Source of the DNA: Myxococcota bacterium
GTDB lineage: Bacteria; Myxococcota_A; UBA9160; PR03
Direction: 5' to 3'
Assembly (NCBI GenBank): GCA_041611735.1
Contig: JBFIML010000002.1
Span: 32,001-96,000, forward strand
DNA: 64,000 nucleotides
Made by a program: the position numbers and the translations under genes. The first letter of the stretch is position 1. Every line of letters starts with the position of its first letter. The notes below the pieces were generated by a model that saw nothing but the letters and a program-made list of their open reading frames with translations, had not been told where the DNA came from and did no database searches. Below, in pieces: positions 47,246-56,684 of the stretch.

Positions 47246-48043
47246 GTGTCCGGTCCCCTGCGCCAGTGGATCGACGGAGCCCCGCTGGCGGGCGCGCCGC
47301 ACGTGGGCGCCGGCGACAGCGCGTTCCGCGAGGGTCGCGGCTGCTATACCAGCGCGCTGGCGGAACGGGGCCGGGTGCGGCATCTGACGCGCCACGCGGC
47401 GCGGCTGCGGCGCGACGCCGCGCGCATCGGCCTCGGCGAGCTGGATGAAGCGCTGTGCCGGCGCGCGCTGCTGGAGCTGGCGGAGGCGGCCGCTTCGGAC
47501 GGCGCCCGCGTGGTTCGGCTGCAGGCCAGCCGCGCGGCGGACGGCGCCCTCCACCTGGTCGGCACCGCCCGCCCCCTCGGTGCCGACCCGGCTGCCTGGC
47601 AGGCGCTGCGGGCGCCCTTCCCGCACCAGGGCCCGGCACCGTGGATGGGGGCCAAGGTCACCAGCCGTCTGCGCTTCGCCCTGGCTGGCGACCTGGCCCG
47701 GGCGGCCGGGGCGCAGGAGGCGATCCTGCTCGACGCCACCGAGCACCTGGTGGAGGGCGCGCGCACCAACCTCGTGGTGGTCGACGCGGCGGGAGTGGCG
47801 CGCACGCCGCCCCTAGCGCGAGGCGGCGTGGCGGGTATCGCTCGGGAGATCCTGTTGGAGCGGTTGACGGAGCTGCGGGAGGAGGACGTCCGCCTCGCCG
47901 TCCTGCACGGGGCCCGAGAGCTGGTGGCGGTGAACGCCGTGCGTGGCGCGCGGCCGGTGGTGGTGCTGGACGAGCGGAGCGTCGGCGACGGGCGGCCCGG
48001 CCCGTGGTGCGCACGGCTCGCCAGCGTGCTCGAGTCGGACTAA
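47246..48043 (+). CDS. Class IV PLP aminotransferase / aminodeoxychorismate lyase-like
   Basis: H..RL, AKVT, EGARTNL, GIAR, NAVRG. Confidence 0.78.
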   Translation: MSGPLRQWIDGAPLAGAPHVGAGDSAFREGRGCYTSALAERGRVRHLTRHAARLRRDAARIGLGELDEALCRRALLELAEAAASDGARVVRLQASRAADGALHLVGTARPLGADPAAWQALRAPFPHQGPAPWMGAKVTSRLRFALAGDLARAAGAQEAILLDATEHLVEGARTNLVVVDAAGVARTPPLARGGVAGIAREILLERLTELREEDVRLAVLHGARELVAVNAVRGARPVVVLDERSVGDGRPGPWCARLASVLESD

Positions 48044-48070
48044 GCTGCGCCGACGCACGACGGAGACCGC

Positions 48071-48841
48071 ATGGAGATCGCAGGCATCGGCGCGATCGTG
48101 ACGGGGGGCGCCTCGGGACTCGGCGAGGCCACGGTACGGGCTCTCGCCGCGCGCGGTGCGCAGGTGGCCGTCCTCGACCTGGCGAGTTCGAAGGGCGCCG
48201 ACGTGGCCCGATCCCTGGGGAGCGGGGTGCTCTTCCTGCCCGCGGACGTGACCCACGAGGAGCAGGTGGGGCAGGCGGTGGAGCGTGCCGCCGAGGCCTT
48301 CGGGGGCCTGCACGTCGCGGTGAGCTGCGCCGGCATCGGGATGGCCGGCCGCACCGTGGACCGGGAAGCCCGGCCCTTCCCCCTCGCGCTCTTCGAAGCC
48401 ACCCTGCGCGTCAACCTGATCGGGACCTTCAACGTGGCACGCCTCGCCGCCGCCCGCATGACCCGCAACCCACCCAACGACCAGGGTGAACGCGGGGTCC
48501 TGGTGCACACGGCCTCCATCGCCGCCTTCGATGGCCAGGTGGGTCAGGTGGCGTACGCCGCCTCGAAGGGCGGCGTAGTGGGGCTGACCCTCCCCATGGC
48601 GCGCGACCTGGCTCCGGCCGGCATTCGCTGCTGCACCATCGCCCCGGGCACCTTCGCGACGCCGATGCTGATGGGGATGCCGGAGCCGGCCCGCCAGGCG
48701 CTCGCCGCCCAGATCCCCTTTCCGAGCCGGCTGGGCGACCCGAGCGAGTACGCGGGGCTCGCCTGCCACATCGTGGAGAACCCGATGCTGAACGGCGAGA
48801 CGATCCGTCTGGACGGCGCCCTGCGCATGCCGCCGCGCTGA
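48071..48841 (+). CDS. 3-hydroxyacyl-CoA dehydrogenase type II (HSD17B10-like SDR)
   Basis: TGGASGLG, CAGI, GTFNV, ASIAAFDGQVGQVAYAASK, NGETIRLDGALRM. Confidence 0.92.
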   Translation: MEIAGIGAIVTGGASGLGEATVRALAARGAQVAVLDLASSKGADVARSLGSGVLFLPADVTHEEQVGQAVERAAEAFGGLHVAVSCAGIGMAGRTVDREARPFPLALFEATLRVNLIGTFNVARLAAARMTRNPPNDQGERGVLVHTASIAAFDGQVGQVAYAASKGGVVGLTLPMARDLAPAGIRCCTIAPGTFATPMLMGMPEPARQALAAQIPFPSRLGDPSEYAGLACHIVENPMLNGETIRLDGALRMPPR

Positions 48842-48858
48842 GGGGCTCGGAGGCCCAG

Positions 48859-49785
48859 ATGTCGGAGCGAGGCAGCGTGGTCGTGACGGGCAGCACCGGT
48901 TTGGTGGGGAGCCGGCTACTGCCGCTCCTGATCGAGGCGGGCTACGACGTGCGCGCGATCACGCGCGACGCGAAGCGGGCCGCCGGCCGGCTGCCCGGGG
49001 GCGCGCAGGCGGTGGGCTGGGACGGGCTTCACGTGCCGCCCCAGGCCCTGAGCCGGAGCGTCGCCGTGGTCCACCTGGCCGGCGAGCCGATCTTCGCCGG
49101 ACCGCTCACGGCGCGCCGGCGCGAGAAGGTGCGCACGAGCCGGGTGGACTCGACGCGCGCGCTGGTGCAGACGCTCGGGCGTATGGCGGCGGAGGAGCGC
49201 CCGCGCGTCCTCGCGTGCGCCTCAGCGGTGGGCTTCTACGGATCCCGCGGCGAGGAGATCCTCGACGAGTCGGCTCGCGCGGGCCAGGGCTTCCTGGCCG
49301 AACTGTGCGTGGACTGGGAAACGGCGGCACACGATGCGGAGGCGCACGGCATCCGCGTCGTCTCGCTGCGCATCGGGCTCGTGCTGGCGCGCGACGGCGG
49401 CGCCCTCCCGCTCATGGCCCGGGCCTTCCGCCTCGCCCTGGGGGGCCGGATCGGCAGCGGTCGCCAGTGGGTGCCCTGGGTCCACGTGGACGATCTCGTG
49501 CGTCTGGTGCGCACCACCCTGGAAGACGAGCGCCTTGCGGGACCCGTGAACGCCGTCTCCCCGGTTCCCGTACGCAACGAGGAGCTGACCCGCGAGCTGG
49601 CCCGGGCGGTGCACCGACCGGCGATCCTGCCGGTGCCGGCCTTCGCGCTGCGCGCCCTGCTGGGCGACCTGGCTGGCGAGCTGCTGGACAGCCGCCGGGT
49701 GGTACCGCGCCAGGCCGAGGCGCATGGCTTCGGCTTCGGCTACCCGCGCCTCCCCGACGCCCTGGCGGCCGAGCTCGGGAGCTGA
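48859..49785 (+). CDS. TIGR01777/YfcH-like NAD-dependent epimerase
   Basis: TGSTGLVG, HLAGEP, SRVDST, ASAVGFYG, GSGRQWVPWVH. Confidence 0.9.
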   Translation: MSERGSVVVTGSTGLVGSRLLPLLIEAGYDVRAITRDAKRAAGRLPGGAQAVGWDGLHVPPQALSRSVAVVHLAGEPIFAGPLTARRREKVRTSRVDSTRALVQTLGRMAAEERPRVLACASAVGFYGSRGEEILDESARAGQGFLAELCVDWETAAHDAEAHGIRVVSLRIGLVLARDGGALPLMARAFRLALGGRIGSGRQWVPWVHVDDLVRLVRTTLEDERLAGPVNAVSPVPVRNEELTRELARAVHRPAILPVPAFALRALLGDLAGELLDSRRVVPRQAEAHGFGFGYPRLPDALAAELGS

Positions 49786-49791
49786 GGGCCG

Positions 49792-50205
49792 TCAGTCCCC
49801 GGAAGCGTCCGCGGGCGGCGCGAAGACCACCTGGAGCACCGAGCCGACGCTGAGCGCCGCGCTCCCGGGCCCCACGCGGAAGTAGCCCACCGAGATGCTT
49901 GGATCGCCGGCGGCGGGAAACTGTTCGCGGAAGCCCAGCAGCAGGCGCTCCACGATACGCACGGCGGCTTCCGGTTCCACGTCGGCCAGGAACAGCACCG
50001 CCCGCTCGCGCGTCATGCGGAACACCGCATCCTCCACGCGCAGCTCGCTCTCCACGAAGCGCATCACGTCCGGAAACAGCAGATCCCCCTCGGGCGCCGC
50101 GAGGCCCACCACCACCGAGCCGACGGCGTGCTCGCTGGCGAGGTTTCGCAGGCGTCCGAAGAGATCCCACAAACGCCGCGGATCGTCGCTCGTCGTCTCG
50201 CCCAT
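49792..50205 (-). CDS. Stand-alone degenerate GGDEF-like domain protein
   Basis: ELRVEDAVFRMTRERAVLFL...A.RIVERL...SISVG aligns by eye to the GGDEF fold. Confidence 0.55.
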   Translation of the reverse strand: MGETTSDDPRRLWDLFGRLRNLASEHAVGSVVVGLAAPEGDLLFPDVMRFVESELRVEDAVFRMTRERAVLFLADVEPEAAVRIVERLLLGFREQFPAAGDPSISVGYFRVGPGSAALSVGSVLQVVFAPPADASGD

Positions 50206-50283
50206 GGCGGTCGCTCCGCGCATGAACCCTTATCGTCCGCGCCCTGCCCCCCCTTGACGCCTGCAGCCACCGGCGCGGCGCCG

Positions 50284-51039
50284 CTAGCGGCCGGCCTCGC
50301 GCTCGAAGGCCGCCACGGCCACACCCACCGACAGGGCGGCCAGCCCCACGAGGACCAGCGCGCTGCGCAGCGGCGGGATCTCGTGCACACCCAGCAGCCC
50401 GTAGCGCAGCAGGTCGACGCCGTAGGTCAGCGGATTGGCGTGGGCGAGCGCCCGCGACGCGGCCGGCAACGTGGTCACCGGATAGAAGATTCCGGACAGC
50501 AGATACAGGGGGACGGTGGCCAGGGCGGCCAGCAGGCGAAAGGCCTCGAGGCTGCGCAGACGCGCTGCCAGGGCGACGCCCAGCGCCACGAAGCAGGCGG
50601 TCACCCCGAGGATGGCGAGCAGCGCCGCGCCCGGGTGGGCCAGGCCCACGGAGGTGAAGGGAGCGAAGATCGCCAAGAGGACCGTGACCAGGCCGAGCGA
50701 GGCCACCCCGCGCGCCGCGATCTTGCCCAGCACCAGGCCCGTGCGCGAGACCGGCGCCACCACCAGCGCGCGCAGGAAGCCGCTGTCCCGATCCTGGATC
50801 AGGGAGAAGCCGGCACCCACCGCGCCGGAGCCCACCAGGAGCGCCAGCACCCCGGACGCCAGATGCCCCAGATAGTCGGCGCCCGTGGGGAGTCGAACCA
50901 CGTCGTTCAGCCCCAGGCCGAGGAAGAGCACCACCGCCAGCGGGAAGACGAGCTGACCGATCCAGTAGGCGCGGTCGCGGCGGTAGCGCAACATCTCGCG
51001 CCGGAAGATGGTCGCCGCGTCCGTGAGCAGCGTCGTCAC
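50284..51039 (-). CDS. ABC-2 type exporter permease
   Basis: DRDSGFLRALVVAPVSR, LSGIFYP, NPLTYGVD; GTGA coupled. Confidence 0.9.
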   Translation of the reverse strand: MTTLLTDAATIFRREMLRYRRDRAYWIGQLVFPLAVVLFLGLGLNDVVRLPTGADYLGHLASGVLALLVGSGAVGAGFSLIQDRDSGFLRALVVAPVSRTGLVLGKIAARGVASLGLVTVLLAIFAPFTSVGLAHPGAALLAILGVTACFVALGVALAARLRSLEAFRLLAALATVPLYLLSGIFYPVTTLPAASRALAHANPLTYGVDLLRYGLLGVHEIPPLRSALVLVGLAALSVGVAVAAFEREAGR

Positions 51040-52013
51040 GGGGCTTGCTCCGGCTCGAAGGGATGCCCCGTGTGGTGCAGGAAGACGTGCTCCAGGGTGG
51101 GACGCCGGAGCTCCACGGCCCGGATCCCCAAGGGACGCGCGGCCTCCAGGAGCGCCGGCAGGCGCTGGGGCCCGTCGCGCGTCACGATCGCGACGCGCAC
51201 GGGACCCCGCCCGGCGGGCGCGGGCTCCGGGACGACCCGGATCACACCCGGCACGGCGCCGAGGGCCGCCTCCACCCCCTCCCCGCGCTCGAGCTCGAGC
51301 GCCACGCGATCGCCGCCCAGGGCGGCCTTCAGGGCCTCGGGCTCCCCTTCCGTCACGAGCCGCCCGCGGTCGAGGATGCCGATCCGTCCACACAGGGTGT
51401 CGGCCTCCTGCATGGAGTGGGTGGTCAGGAAGAGCGTGGTCCCCCCCTCGGCGTGGACCCGTCGCAGGTGGTCCCAGACCGCCAGGCGGGCCGCCACGTC
51501 GAGCCCGACGGTGGGCTCGTCCAGGAAGAGGACGCGCGGCTGGTGGAGGAGCCCGCGGCCGATCTCGAGCCGGCGGCGCAGCCCCCCGGAGAGCTGCCGG
51601 ACCGGGCGGTCCGCGTCGCGCTCGAGCCCCAGCCACGCCAGGCTCTCCGCCACGCGACGCCTCCGCTCCGGCAGGTGGTAGAGCCGTGCGTGGAGATCGA
51701 GCTGCTCGCGTCCCGTGAGCTCGCGGTCCAGGGTCGGCTCCTGGAACACGATGCCGACCAGACCGCGCACCGCCCCACGCTCCGCCACCACGTCGCGGCC
51801 GAGCACGTGGGCCCCTCCGGCGGTGGGGCGGGTCTGGCTGGTCAGGATCGACACGGTCGTGGTCTTTCCGGCGCCGTTCGGTCCGAGCAGGCCGTAGCAG
51901 GCGCCCTGGGACACGCGGAGGTCGAGGCCGGCCAGGGCGTGCACGCTGCCGTAGCGCTTCTCGAGCCCGCAAGTCTCGAGAGCCGGGACGCGCGTTGTCG
52001 CGGCAGGGGGCAT
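51036..52013 (-). CDS. ABC exporter ATP-binding protein (DrrA-like)
   Basis: GPNGAGKTT, LSGG, LFLDEPTVGLD, TTH. Confidence 0.93.
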   Translation of the reverse strand: MPPAATTRVPALETCGLEKRYGSVHALAGLDLRVSQGACYGLLGPNGAGKTTTVSILTSQTRPTAGGAHVLGRDVVAERGAVRGLVGIVFQEPTLDRELTGREQLDLHARLYHLPERRRRVAESLAWLGLERDADRPVRQLSGGLRRRLEIGRGLLHQPRVLFLDEPTVGLDVAARLAVWDHLRRVHAEGGTTLFLTTHSMQEADTLCGRIGILDRGRLVTEGEPEALKAALGGDRVALELERGEGVEAALGAVPGVIRVVPEPAPAGRGPVRVAIVTRDGPQRLPALLEAARPLGIRAVELRRPTLEHVFLHHTGHPFEPEQAP

Positions 52014-52081
52014 CTTCTACCGTCCGAGCGGGTCGCTGCGCCTGCGGGCGCGGCGGCGAGATCCTACGCAACGGAGCCTCC

Positions 52082-54292
52082 GTGCGCGACACGACCGCAG
52101 CGGACGTCCCGCGCCGCGCGCACCGCCTGGCCCGGGGCTTCGGGGCGCTGGTGGCCCTCACCTTCGGGCTGATCGTGCTCGGTGCGCTGGTGCGCGCCCA
52201 CGATGCCGGCCTGGCCTGCCCCGACTGGCCCCGCTGCTTCGGGGTCTGGGTCCCCGCCATGGACCTGCGCGTCGCCTTCGAGTGGACGCATCGTCTGCTG
52301 GCGGGCAGCGTGGGGGTCGTCTTCCTGGGTCTGGCCGGCCTGGCCCTGCGCGGCAGGGAGACCCGTCGCGCCGTGGGCATCCCGCTGGCGCTGGCCAGCG
52401 TCCTGCTGGTTTCCCAGGTGGTGCTGGGCGGCCTGACGGTGCTCCTCGGCCTCGCGCCCTGGACCGTGACCCTGCACCTGGTGACGGGAAACGCCTTCGC
52501 GGTGACGCTCCTCCTGGTGGCCCTGGGCCTGCGCGAGCAGGCGGCCCCGCGGCTGCGCGGGCCGGTTGCGCCGCGTGTGCAGGGGGCCGTGGTCGTCGTG
52601 GCCGGCCTGCTGGCGCTCCAGATCGTGCTGGGCGGCCTGGTCTCCTCCCACTACGCCGGGCTCGCCTGCCCGGACTGGCCCGCCTGCCACGGCGGGGCCT
52701 GGTTCCCCTCCTGGCAGGGTGCCGTCGGGCTCCACCTGCTGCACCGCAGCAACGGCTACCTGCTGCTGGCGGCCCTGGCCGGCGCCGCCTGGATCGCCCG
52801 CAGGCAGCAGCGCGTGGCACGCCCGCTCCGCCTACTGCTCGCCCTCGCCCTGCTGCAGGTCGCGGTGGGCGTGGCGAACGTGCTGCTGGCGATCCCGGTT
52901 GCGGTGACGGGGCTCCACTCGGCGCTGGCGGCGGCGCTGGTGCTCGGCCTGGGCTGGGGCGCCCGGGAGGCCTGGGCGCGGCCCGCGCCGGCGCCCGCGC
53001 GGCAGCCGCGGGTGGTCGTGGTCGGCGCCGGCTTCGGCGGCCTCGCCCTGGCACGTCGGCTCGCCGACGCACCCGCGGACGTACTCCTGATCGACCGCCA
53101 GAACTTCCACGCCTTCCTTCCGCTGCTCTACCAGGTGGCGACGGCAGGCCTGAGCGTGCAGGACGTGTCGCACCCCGTGAGGGCGATCCTGCGCGGACTG
53201 CCGAACGTGCGCTTCCGCCTGGGGGAGATCGTGGGCGGTGACCTGGAGGCCCGTGTGCTCCAGACCGCTACCGGTGACCGCATCCCCTACGACGTCCTGG
53301 TGCTCGCCGCCGGTAGCACCACGGAGTTCTTCGGCCGGGCCGACGTGGCCCGGCACGCCTTCCGGCTGCACCACGCCGCGGACGCCCTGGAGCTGCGCAA
53401 TCAGGTGCTCTCGGCCCTCGAGCGGGCCGACGTCGAAGCGGACCCCAAGCAGCGCGAGGCCCTGCTCGGCTTCGTGGTGGTGGGGGGCGGGCCCACGGGA
53501 GTCGAGCTGGCGGGCATGCTCGCCGAGCTGCGCCAGCACGTGCTGCCCCGGGACTTCCCCGGCATCGCCGCCGACATGCGCGTCGTCCTGGTGGAGGGTG
53601 GGGAGCGCCTGCTCCCCGCCCTGCCGGCGGGGCTGTCCCGACGCGCGCTGGAGCAGATGCGCGAGCTCGGGGCGGACGTTCGTCTCGACGCCTTCGTGGA
53701 GGCCGTGGACCCGGACGGGGTGCGTCTGCGGGGCGGCGAGCGGCTTTCGGCTCGCACGACGGTGTGGGCCGCTGGCGTGCGCGGGGCCGGTCTGGCCGCG
53801 GCCCTGGGCCTGCCGACCGACCGGCGCGGACGCGTCGCCGTGGGATCCACCCTGGAGGTGGCGGGGCGCCCGGACGTGTACGTGATCGGGGACCTGGCAT
53901 GCGCGGAGGGGCAGGCGTCGATCCCGCAGGTGGCGCCGGCAGCCATCCAGCAGGGACAGCTCGTGGCGGACAACCTGAAGCGCCGCGTGCTCGGCCGGCC
54001 CCCCGTGGCCTTCCGCTACCAGGACCTGGGCACCATGGCCACGATCGGGCGCAACCGCGCCGTCGCCCACCTGATGGGCCTCGAGATCGCGGGCCGGCTG
54101 GCATGGTGGGCCTGGCTGCTGGTGCACCTGGTGAAGCTGGTGGGGTTCCGCAACCGTCTCGTCGTGTTCGTGAACTGGATCTATCACTACTTCAGCTACG
54201 ACCTGGAGCTGCGGGCGGTGGTGGGGCCCGAGGCCCGGGCGCCCCGGTCGGAAGAATCCGCCGCAGCCGCGCGGCACGCAACCCAGCGATGA
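52082..54292 (+). CDS. Fusion: heme A synthase (CtaA/Cox15) + type II NADH dehydrogenase (NDH-2)
   Basis: N-half: GLACPDWP twice, EWTHR, LHL, LLHR, GLHS, about 8 TM helices. C-half from about 53000: VVVVGAGFGG, PLLYQVATAG, VVVGGGPTGVELAG, VIGD, FRYQDLGTMATIG. No stop between the halves. Confidence 0.88.
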   Translation: MRDTTAADVPRRAHRLARGFGALVALTFGLIVLGALVRAHDAGLACPDWPRCFGVWVPAMDLRVAFEWTHRLLAGSVGVVFLGLAGLALRGRETRRAVGIPLALASVLLVSQVVLGGLTVLLGLAPWTVTLHLVTGNAFAVTLLLVALGLREQAAPRLRGPVAPRVQGAVVVVAGLLALQIVLGGLVSSHYAGLACPDWPACHGGAWFPSWQGAVGLHLLHRSNGYLLLAALAGAAWIARRQQRVARPLRLLLALALLQVAVGVANVLLAIPVAVTGLHSALAAALVLGLGWGAREAWARPAPAPARQPRVVVVGAGFGGLALARRLADAPADVLLIDRQNFHAFLPLLYQVATAGLSVQDVSHPVRAILRGLPNVRFRLGEIVGGDLEARVLQTATGDRIPYDVLVLAAGSTTEFFGRADVARHAFRLHHAADALELRNQVLSALERADVEADPKQREALLGFVVVGGGPTGVELAGMLAELRQHVLPRDFPGIAADMRVVLVEGGERLLPALPAGLSRRALEQMRELGADVRLDAFVEAVDPDGVRLRGGERLSARTTVWAAGVRGAGLAAALGLPTDRRGRVAVGSTLEVAGRPDVYVIGDLACAEGQASIPQVAPAAIQQGQLVADNLKRRVLGRPPVAFRYQDLGTMATIGRNRAVAHLMGLEIAGRLAWWAWLLVHLVKLVGFRNRLVVFVNWIYHYFSYDLELRAVVGPEARAPRSEESAAAARHATQR

Positions 54293-54308
54293 GCTACAAC
54301 CAGCCGCC

Positions 54309-54791
54309 ATGCGCGCCTGGCAGATCTTCGCGGGCATGTCGCCGGAGCAGGTCCAGGCGTGGTGCCGGCGCCTGGCGGACGAGTCACCGCCCGCCTTCGC
54401 CCAGGCGCTGGCCGCGGCCGCGGCGCTCTTGAAGGCGCGGCCGGTCTACGTGCGCAAGCTCCCCTTCGAACGTCGCGCGGAGCTGGTGCGTCGCGCCCTG
54501 GCCCGGGTGGCAGCCAACGACCTGGCCGAGGAGATACTGGCCAGCTACTTCCTGGACTGCCGGCGCGAGCTGCTCGAGGAATGGCTCGACGCGGTGGGCG
54601 TCGAACACGAGGATGGGATGCTCAAGAGCGATGCGCCGGCCGCGCCCGCCAAGAGGAAGCTCGACGCGGCGGTGAAGCGCTTCCGGGCCGGCGGCGGCGA
54701 CACGGACAGCAGCGACCGCGAGCTCCTGCTGCGCACCTTTGCGGCCCAGCGCGCCATCGAATGGCCGGACCTCGACGCCCTGCTGGCCTGA
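54309..54791 (+). CDS. Hypothetical helical protein
   Basis: Protein-like ORF directly after the fusion gene (WLDAVGVEHEDG). Confidence 0.65.
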   Translation: MRAWQIFAGMSPEQVQAWCRRLADESPPAFAQALAAAAALLKARPVYVRKLPFERRAELVRRALARVAANDLAEEILASYFLDCRRELLEEWLDAVGVEHEDGMLKSDAPAAPAKRKLDAAVKRFRAGGGDTDSSDRELLLRTFAAQRAIEWPDLDALLA

Positions 54792-54797
54792 CGCCCG

Positions 54798-54823
54798 GGC
54801 CTCGCCGGGGAGCCGGCGAGGCC
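54798..54823. terminator. Hairpin between convergent genes
   Basis: GGCCTCGCCGG-GGAG-CCGGCGAGGCC, 11-bp perfect stem. Confidence 0.55.
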
Positions 54824-54827
54824 GGCC

Positions 54828-55682
54828 TCACGAGCCCAGAGTGATGGCAGCGTTGCTGATGACCGGCGACTGGCGCTCCCGGGTCTGCGCCGCCAGCAGG
54901 ATGCGGTCGCCCTCCTCCCAGAGCGAGGTCACGACCGTCTCGCCCGGGAAGACGACGCCCGCGAAGCGGGCCTGGTAGCGCGCTACCCGCGCCACGTCCC
55001 CGCCCAGCACCTGGTCCACCACCGCCTTGCACACGATCCCGAACGAGCACAGCCCGTGCAGGATGGGTCGGTCGAAACCGCCGAGCTTGGCGAAGTCCGG
55101 GTCGGCGTGGAGCGGGTTCTTGTCGCCCGAGAGGCGGTAGAGGAGCGCCTGCTGGGGCAAGGTGGGCGACTCCACCACCCGGTCCGGCTTCCGCTCCGGT
55201 GGCTGGTTGCCGGCCTTCGGCCCCGCCTCCCCGCCGAAGCCACCTTCGCCGCGCAGGAAGATGGAGGAGCGGTTCGTGAACAGCTTCTTCCCGGAGTCGT
55301 TCCGGGTCTCCACCTCGACGACCACGAGCGCGGCCTTTCCCTTGTCGTAGACCCCGGCGATGCGGCCGGCGCTCTGCACCCGGGCCTGGGTCGGGATCGG
55401 ACCGAACAGCTCGATGTCCTGCTCGCCGTGCAGCAGCAGGGCCGGATTGAACTGCAGCCCGGGCACACCCAGGATGCCCCCCATGGCGGGAAAGGCGGGG
55501 ATCACCCCGTAGCTCGGCATCACCCGGAGGCTCTTCTCGTAGGTGAGGGCCAGCTCGCCCGGCTCGGTGGGCGGGTTCCCGGCCCCGATGCCCAGGTGGT
55601 AGAGGATCACGCGGTCCGGGTCCCACTGGTACGGGACCGGCGGAAGCTCCGCTCCGAGCGCCTTGTGCGGATCGATCGGCAT
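54828..55682 (-). CDS. (R)-specific enoyl-CoA hydratase 2 (double hot-dog MaoC)
   Basis: ILYHLGIGA, LLHGEQ, YRLSGDKNPLHADP..A...F.RPILHGLC, VFPGET. Confidence 0.9.
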   Translation of the reverse strand: MPIDPHKALGAELPPVPYQWDPDRVILYHLGIGAGNPPTEPGELALTYEKSLRVMPSYGVIPAFPAMGGILGVPGLQFNPALLLHGEQDIELFGPIPTQARVQSAGRIAGVYDKGKAALVVVEVETRNDSGKKLFTNRSSIFLRGEGGFGGEAGPKAGNQPPERKPDRVVESPTLPQQALLYRLSGDKNPLHADPDFAKLGGFDRPILHGLCSFGIVCKAVVDQVLGGDVARVARYQARFAGVVFPGETVVTSLWEEGDRILLAAQTRERQSPVISNAAITLGS

Positions 55683-55693
55683 GGCCCCCTCCC

Positions 55694-56596
55694 CTACTTC
55701 AAGAGCTCGAGCAAGAGCTTCATCTCGTCGGCGATGCTGTCCGGGATGATGAAGCCGTCCGTCTTGCGGATCTCGTCCATGTGGTCCCGCACCTCCTCGG
55801 CGCCGGGCTTGGCGTCGGGGCCCGCGAACCAGCCCCGGGTGAGACCGACGAACATGCGCGCGTAGCGTCCGCCGCCCACCGAGAAGATCTGGTGGGTGAG
55901 GTCGCACTGCTCCGAGCAGAGGTACGTGACGAGCGGCGTCACGCACTCCGGATCCAGCTTCTCCGCCATGGGCCCGAGCAGCTCCTCGGTCATGCGCGTG
56001 CGGGCCACGGGCGCGATCACGTTGCTCTTGATGTTGTACTTGGCGCCCTCGATGGCGAGCACGTTCGAGAGCCCGACCAGACCCATCTTGGCCGCGCCGT
56101 AGTTGGTCTGCCCGAAGTTGCCGAGCAGACCCGCGTTGGAGGCGGTGAAGACCACACGCCCGTAGTTGTTGTCCTTCATGGCGCGGAAGGCCGGCTGGGT
56201 GACGAAGAAGGCGCCCTTCAGGTGGACGGCCAGCACCGCCTCCAGGTCCTCGGGCGGGAGCTTGGCGAAGGTCTTGTCGCGCAGGATGCCCGCATTGTTG
56301 ATCACCACGTCGAGGCGCCCGAAGGCGTCGAGGGCCGTCTTCACCATGGCCTCGCCGCCCTCGGGGGTGGCGACCGAGTCATAGTTGGCCACGGCCTCGC
56401 CGCCGGCCTCCTGGATCTCCTTCACGGTCTCGTCGGCCATGCTGTGGCCGCCGCCCTCGCCGCGCGTGCTGCCACCCAGGTCGTTCACCACCAGCTTGGC
56501 ACCGCGCCGTGCCATCTCCAGGGAGTAGGTCTTGCCGAGGCCACCGCCTGCTCCGGTCACGAGGGCGACCCGTCCGTCGAAGCGAATCTCGCTCAT
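55694..56596 (-). CDS. SDR 3-hydroxyacyl-CoA dehydrogenase (MFE-2/HSD17B4-like)
   Basis: RFDGRVALVTGAGGGLG, VVNDLGG, NNAGILRD, GNFGQTNYGAAK. Confidence 0.92.
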   Translation of the reverse strand: MSEIRFDGRVALVTGAGGGLGKTYSLEMARRGAKLVVNDLGGSTRGEGGGHSMADETVKEIQEAGGEAVANYDSVATPEGGEAMVKTALDAFGRLDVVINNAGILRDKTFAKLPPEDLEAVLAVHLKGAFFVTQPAFRAMKDNNYGRVVFTASNAGLLGNFGQTNYGAAKMGLVGLSNVLAIEGAKYNIKSNVIAPVARTRMTEELLGPMAEKLDPECVTPLVTYLCSEQCDLTHQIFSVGGGRYARMFVGLTRGWFAGPDAKPGAEEVRDHMDEIRKTDGFIIPDSIADEMKLLLELLK

Positions 56597-56684
56597 GAAG
56601 CCTCCTGGGGGGGCGCGCGCAAGCGCGCCGCCAGTGAAAGCGCCGCTGCCCGGGGACCTCCCCGGGCCCGACAACATACGCCGG

